Origin: Anthoceros angustus | Taxonomy: Eukaryota > Plantae > Anthocerotophyta | Assembly: GCA_010909165.1 (NCBI GenBank) | Contig: VJWM01000186.1 | Location: 372,001-436,000 of the forward strand | Reading direction: 5' to 3' | DNA: 64,000 bases | Shown: piece after piece, positions 58,144-64,000 of the stretch | How positions within the stretch are numbered: position 1 is the stretch's first letter | How the letters are laid out: the number at the start of each line of letters is the position of its first letter | The notes under the pieces: generated by a model | Database searches by the model: none | Told to the model about the DNA's origin: nothing | What the model saw: the letters and a program-made list of their open reading frames with translations, nothing else | Program-made: the position numbers and the translations under genes

Positions 58144-59768
58144 CACTACTAGGAAACGGGCCCTTTTACTACGGACATTACTACGGATTTTACTATGACT
58201 TTACTAAGGTTGTAGTAAAACACTGCGTAGTAAGCGCCTTTATGTGTGTGTGTAGTAAAGGCTTCACGCCATATCTGTGTATTCATATACGGTATGGGCA
58301 CATGTATAGTGTACCTAAACCCGATCAGTACTCAGTTGCTACAACATCTTCTACTACATTCTTTGTACAAAGCTTTCACGGTGCTCATGATTTAAATACT
58401 AGGGTTCCTCCAACCATGGTTAGTTTATCAGTCTTGTGTTAGAAGTTGGCTAACCAAGGTTCGATTCATACTATATAACCTTAGTTAGATAGGTTAACTA
58501 ACCCTCTTGGCGTTGTAAACTCTTTACAACATTATATCAATGTACATCTCCGTTGTAAAGGTCACTTCCGTTGTAATGTGCACCTCCGTTGTAAAGTTCA
58601 ATTCCGTTGCAAATAGTAGGCCCATTTAGTCTGTTGTAAAGTACTGGCTTGTAGTAAAGTTTTATTTCGTTGTAAAGTTTAGTTCCGTAGTAAAACAAAA
58701 CACTATAGTCCAGGGGCCCGTAGTAATGTCATTTGGTTTAGTTTGAACTTGAAACTCTACAAATGCAATACAGGCAGCCTATTCACTTTCTACCCATAGA
58801 CCTAACAAAGCAAATTTCTCCAGTCCACCCTCGGGTCTAAAGCATGCTGGTTCACAAGTTAGCCAACTACGCAAAATAGAAAGTGTCCCCAATTAAGCGT
58901 CACACAATTTCCACCTTAATCGAGCACTAATAAACCCTAAAGCGAACAAGGATAAGTGCAGGTGTAAACTCTCACCGTGGATTAGCTGGATTTCTTTGCT
59001 TTCTTTGCTTTGCCGAGGAAGCAATGCTCACCATGAAGCCTTCATCCAAAACATTCTTCTGAAGAATTGCCTCCATGACTTTTTCATCACACTCTTCACT
59101 CTCATACCCTGCTTCATGTAAAAGATTCCACACATTCACAGCCTTGTCCAGCTTCCCTACTACATCCTTCTGAGTCCCCAATGGAGGACTTGCAGTTTGG
59201 CTAGCCTTCCAATATGCATGTTTTCAATATGAAATGGCGACATCTAAACCTAACCCCATTGGATATGCCTGTAAATATATCATGGTCAGATTGTTAAGTC
59301 TCACGAATCGTTGTAAAGTCGTTGTCCTTATGAACTACGGTGTTGTAAACCGTGGGCTCGCATTGTAAACCCGTTCTTATTGTAATGTCCATATGAAGTC
59401 GTTGTTAAACCTGCCATTGTAAACCAGCACGTGTCGTAGTAAACCCGGGTCCGTTGTAATGTGACCAAATGAGTTGTAATGGGTATCATTGTAAAACCAC
59501 CAACCGGTGTATTGTCATATCGTTAATACACCCCTATTCTGATTATTAGTAACACTTGCCATGCCCGTAGCCATGGTGTGTGCCACATCATCGAAACCCG
59601 CTGCAAAATACGGTTGTGGTAAAATCACGAGGTCATGTTGTAAAGGCATGGGCTATACTATAAAATAGTCCGTGGTCCCTAAACATCTGTAGTAAAACGA
59701 ATGGACCCCAGACTCTCTCTTCTCTCTACAAATCTGCCAGTAGTAAAAGGGCCCGTTTCCTAGTAGTG
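58144..59768. mobile_element. Non-autonomous CACTA (En/Spm) element, 1625 bp
   Basis: Perfect 29-bp TIRs CACTACTAGGAAACGGGCCCTTTTACTAC / GTAGTAAAAGGGCCCGTTTCCTAGTAGTG, 3-bp TSD CTC on both sides, and many subterminal GTTGTAAA/GTAGTAAA motifs. No transposase. Confidence 0.96.
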
Positions 59769-60297
59769 CTCATCACCATCTCATCATCCTTGATGGCAAC
59801 TTTAGAGGCACCCTGAAGCCGGGAGGCTAGGGTCCTAAAGGTACTCACGTGCTTCTCCACTGAGTCCCCATCCTTCATTCTCAAGTTCTAGAAATTTCTT
59901 AAAGTCATGACCGACCATGTTCGCTGCGTAGAGTTCCTTTAGACGATTCATGATTTTTGAAGTTTCCACCCCATTCGCCTCAACATTTTGTTGTCGGCCA
60001 CTGCGAATGAGGTACTTGGCTCCGCTATCCTTAGCTAACCATTCTTCTTCTCCCAAGATCCTCGTCTGGTTTCACTACCTTTCCGGTTGCATGTTTGAGC
60101 CCCTCATTTCGAGGACGCCCTCCATCCGGATCGCCATATGTCAAAGTCATTGCCATTGAACCGATCCTTCTCCTTGAAGGATTCATTACCTCCATAGTTT
60201 GGAGTTGAGGTGCGTCGCCATATTTATGGCTTGTTGTTCGACCTCGTGTTCAAATTCAGTGTATTGAATATATCCCCAAAACCGTGATCGGACACGC

Positions 60298-60949
60298 TCA
60301 TAACGCTTGTTGATTGCGTTGCGGTTTTGATCCCGATCCTCCTCGTAGGGCAATTTTGGAGCTCCTCATCTCGAACCTATTGTAGGCATACGTGGAGCAA
60401 GATGGACACGAGTTAAGTGAGCTAAAGCTTCGCTCACGATTTGTCTTACTTGCGTGTTTAGTGTTTCTTGGATTTTTGAGCATCTCGGGCTTCAACCAAC
60501 ACTTGTAGTCCAAGTGTGCAACTTGCTCCTTCGGATCCGTAAGTCAACGCTTGCTAGACAAGTGTCCATTAATTTGTGTGCGTCGTCCACTATCCTATTA
60601 TTTGCTTGATGCGATTAATTATTGTCGACACTCGTGTTTGTGGCGCTTGAGTTGTGATGAAACCACGGGGCTGCTTTCCATCAAAAGCTCTTTGTACACG
60701 CACTTGCAAATTTAGTGGATTTCTTGGAGGAAGAGTAAACAGATTACGCTCTTGAGGATAGAGAAATTCCACAATAGTATTAAATGCGTCTCGGATCAGC
60801 AATTTGCATAGGTCTATTTTGGTTTTGTTGGCTCCATTGTAGGATGCGAATGTAAGCGAAGCAATTGTGTGCCAATTCTTGACCTATTTTGCCTAGGATG
60901 ATTACGAGTAGCGGTGTTGCGACCGCTGGTGCGCATCTAAATTGGCCAT
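60298..60949 (-). pseudogene. Homolog of the C2 leader ORF upstream of C3 gag
   Basis: MANLDAHQ..., LIRDAFNTIVEFLYPQERNLFTLPPRNPLNLQVRVQRAFDGKQPRGFITT, LASVDL..EQVAHLDYKCWLKPEML, with stops and frameshifts. Confidence 0.75.
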
Positions 60950-61544
60950 GTGCGAAGGATTTGTGTTTTATAAGTGCGAAATTGCATCTTATATTTCTTT
61001 TGTATTTTCTATATATAATTTTGCCCATTGGGCATTTGTTCTAGTGTATGTTCATTGCAATTGCTCAAGGAGCAATTCAATGAATGCACGCTAGAATGGC
61101 TACCTAATGCAGCAAGAATTTGTATAGATTTTTAAAGAAAACAACACAAAATTCATTTCTTGATGTTTCTTTAAAAGTTCCTTTTCAAGAACATGTTATT
61201 ATTCAAAACAATAATAAAACATCTTTCGCACATCTTCTAATGCAGAAAATTTGTGTGTGCATACTAGATGCATCTCCATCTATCCTGCTCGATACCATGA
61301 AGATTTTATGTGAATTGAATTAATAAAACACAATTACATTCATTGTTGATTGAATTGAAAGATCAAATAAAGAGTAACACTTGCTTAAAACAACCTAATT
61401 AAGATACCAAGTGTTACGTCTACTCGTAAGAGTCACAACAACCTAGCGAAGGGTACTAGGTGACTAGACCTGGTTACACATCGGATAAGTTAACTAAACT
61501 AAGGTAACCTAACATGAGTCAACACATAAACAATAATTATTCCT

Positions 61545-64000
61545 TCAGGGAGCATGCCGGGAATTTTCTGAATTCTTTGAAGCTGGAGTTGGAGGATACT
61601 GTTAAAGAAGCATAGAGGATATCCCAGGGAAAAGAAATGGGTCAAAAGGCAGGCAGACAGGCGTTCGAGAGGGGGTGAGACTGGCATGGTAGTGCTACAC
61701 CATTATGAGGAGCGGAAGGGCAGACTACCGTGGTAGGCTGACGAGATCTCGGCCAGAAAAGGAAATTAGAATAGGGGGGATATCCACTATATATGCTCAC
61801 CAATAGGGGAATAGATGAATAGGATTAATTAGAAGGTAATTAATTCGCGGTTATACATAGGATAGGGACAGAATTAGGAATTTAGGAATGGGAGACCCAA
61901 TCTAGGGTTGAGCCTCCAGGTGGCAGACATCTAAGGAGGCCAAAGTGCGGTTTTGGCAGCGCCTCCTTCACTTCGCGACGGACTGAAGTTGGGGCGTAAG
62001 AAGAAGGAGAAGAAGGTGAAGGAAAAGTGTGGTGCTATCGCCATATTGTCGCCGCCACTGCGAGCGAGGAAGGCGTGGCATGAGGAGGAAAGAGAGAGAG
62101 CCCTAGCTGAGCGCGGCGGAACGGAGGAGTGAAGGCCCACGCCAAGAATGGCTGGAAGACGGACAACATCAAGGAGCTGAAGTGGCGGCTCTTTGCTAAG
62201 ATTATGTTGGGGTTGGTGAATTACCAGCGGACTTCTTATTTCGGCACCAACTTCCTTCAATTTTTGTGGAAGATTTTTGTGGAGGAGCCAAGCCGGATTG
62301 GGGCACCATAATGTATGAAAACTACATACACCGAGAGAAGCTCCTTAAGCGTTGATTGGATGAAGAAGGCCAAAAGGCCATGCTACCTCGGCCACCTATT
62401 TGGTGCATTTGTGGGAAGCGGAGGACTCACTCGCGACCTTGAGGCTGGAGGATACTTGGCATCCCGGAGATAATCCACCTTGACCAAGCTTAGCGACCTT
62501 TGCCTTTTGCTGCGGGGAAGACCGTGGGAGGCCCAGGACCTCCTGAGCACACAGGACCAAGGCGGAAAGTAGAGCATAGTGCGGAATGGGAGGCCTTTCC
62601 CCACAAGAGCAAGGGAAGGAGAGGGCAAGGTCCGGCCGAGGAGGCGGATGGTAGTCTATGAGAGGAGGACTACCACGGGAGGGTGAACGAGCCCAAGGGT
62701 GGGAGGAGTCCCCACCATTTCGTGGGTGCCTGGGAAGAGGCACCCCGCCCCCGGTGAGGAGGCGGCCTACCGGTGGGTAGGCAACTACCGTGGTGGCGAT
62801 CGACCACCATGGTAGGTAGCGAACTACCGCGGTGGGGGATCAGCCTACGCGGTGGCGGGCACCCCTCGCGGTGAGGTAGCGACCTATGGCTAGGAAGAGA
62901 GGAAGGAGGCGGTACGAGGAGCACCTGGCGGCGCCGCCTTCACCACCCGTGCTAGGAAGAGCGGATGGGGCGGCTGTGAGGGACCGCCCGGCGTGGCCCT
63001 AAGTCTGAGGGATGGAATTTCCAAAGAAGAGGCCAGGGGCGGGTGGGCCCTAGGGGACTTGCAGTGCTTGTGAAGCACTCGACCATGTAGATTTTGAAGG
63101 GGCTAGAGAACTAGCAGCCTCCTTGTGGGCATGCCAAGAGGAGATCCGGGCAAATAAGGCCCAAGAGATGACTGAGAGGAGGGCAGGGACCAAATGGCAA
63201 TTGGAGGCCATGGAGTCCGACGAGAAGGTAGCCAAGTTGGAAAAGGCTGTGGAGAAGCTCCAGCACGATCTTATGGACCAACGGCGCGCGGAAAAGGTCT
63301 TGGAGGGAAGGTTGGCTCAAACGGAGGAGAGAGCTGTCCGGGCAACCACCCAAAAAGACTCATGGAGATAGAAGGCGGAAGAGCATTTGGCCCAATTAGA
63401 GCAAGAGCGGAAGGGCAAAACAGAGGCCCTAGGAAGGGAGAAGGTGGCGGTCCAGCAAATGGACGCGCGGGAGCAGGTGATGGCTACCCAAGCCATCAAA
63501 ATCCAGGACATGGAGGAAGAATTGAGACGAACCCGGTACAGTATGGAGGAGAAGCGCGCGGAACTGGAAGTTCAAGACCAGCAATTGCAAGAGGCCGGGC
63601 GAAGAGTGTGCAAGCGGAGAGGAAGGCTTGCTCTCAACTAGCCTGAGATTTAGAAAGAGGTCAGGAGGAGTACCACAAGAAAGTGGTACATAGGATGCTG
63701 GTGGTAAGGAAGAGGAGATTTTGGGCAGATTATGCCCTTCAGGCAAAGATGGCCAACCAACTGAGAGAAGTAAGGGAGGAGAACGTGACCCGCCATGTGA
63801 AGGTGGGGGAATTGACCACCGCGAGAGATGCCTACAAGGGTAGGTGTGAGGACGGAGAGTGGCCCACGGAGATTGATGATCTCCAAATGCAGTATCATAG
63901 CTTGAGGGCTCATCTCCACAACAGGATTTTGAAGGCCAACAATGAAGTGTTGTGTTTGGCCAAGAGGAGGACATTAGGTCCTCATGATGATGACAGGAAG
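61545..64000 (+). mobile_element. Second family A copy (promoter-like head, internally deleted ORF, coiled-coil tail), running off the window
   Basis: Head homologous to 18500-18900. Encodes KAHAKNGWKTDNIKELKWRLFAKIMLGLVNYQ, RPCYL..YLVHLWE and EAMESDEKVAKLEKAVEKLQHDL...EEELRRTRY. Confidence 0.7.

Larger units (their letters stand above)
57700..61545 (-). mobile_element. 3'-truncated copia C3: 5' LTR part, PBS-like site, leader ORF and gag (split by CACTA)
   Basis: LTR end at 61412 (...GTAACA), PBS-like TGGTATCTTAAT at 61398-61409, gag ATG at ~60221 (SFKEKDRFNGNDFDIW.RMEGVL), LPESWSHFVTS, and a zinc-knuckle remnant at ~57800-57850. Pol is absent. Confidence 0.8.

Noticed and set aside
58160-59720. 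Regularly spaced GTTGTAAA repeats resembling a CRISPR array
   Set aside because: Short, irregularly spaced subterminal motifs inside a CACTA element; no cas genes and a eukaryotic context.

Overview
Land-plant nuclear DNA, probably from a non-seed plant (inferred from the retroelement types; the species cannot be determined from this window). Positions ~1-8.1 kb are a compact gene island with two apparently intact, divergently transcribed genes: a 9-exon JmjC oxygenase (JMJD4/JMJ20-like, minus strand, 1010-3376) and an 11-exon class IV HD-ZIP factor (HD-ZLZ-START, plus strand, 4268-7756) with L1 boxes and the conserved HD-ZIP IV 3'UTR motif pair. The remaining ~55 kb is a nested transposon block. 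It contains an old copia (C0) split by a full-length copia (C1, 10013-18197, TSD ATAGG) and a plus-strand non-chromoviral gypsy (G1) split by copia C2 (34547-56235). The 5' LTR of C2 is in turn split by a full-length minus-strand gypsy (G2, 34643-49226). A truncated copia (C3) is split by a non-autonomous CACTA element (58144-59768), and there are fragments of another GC-rich LTR-like family. Two signals stand out. First, the ~4.4-kb gypsy LTRs each carry a ~2.6-2.8-kb protein-coding region inside what appears to be U3. Second, a ~190-aa extra ORF lies between the PBS and gag and is conserved in two diverged copia elements. Repeat copies carry many 1-bp indels while the genes do not, so many TE frameshifts may be assembly errors. 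All calls come from manual reading, with no database search.
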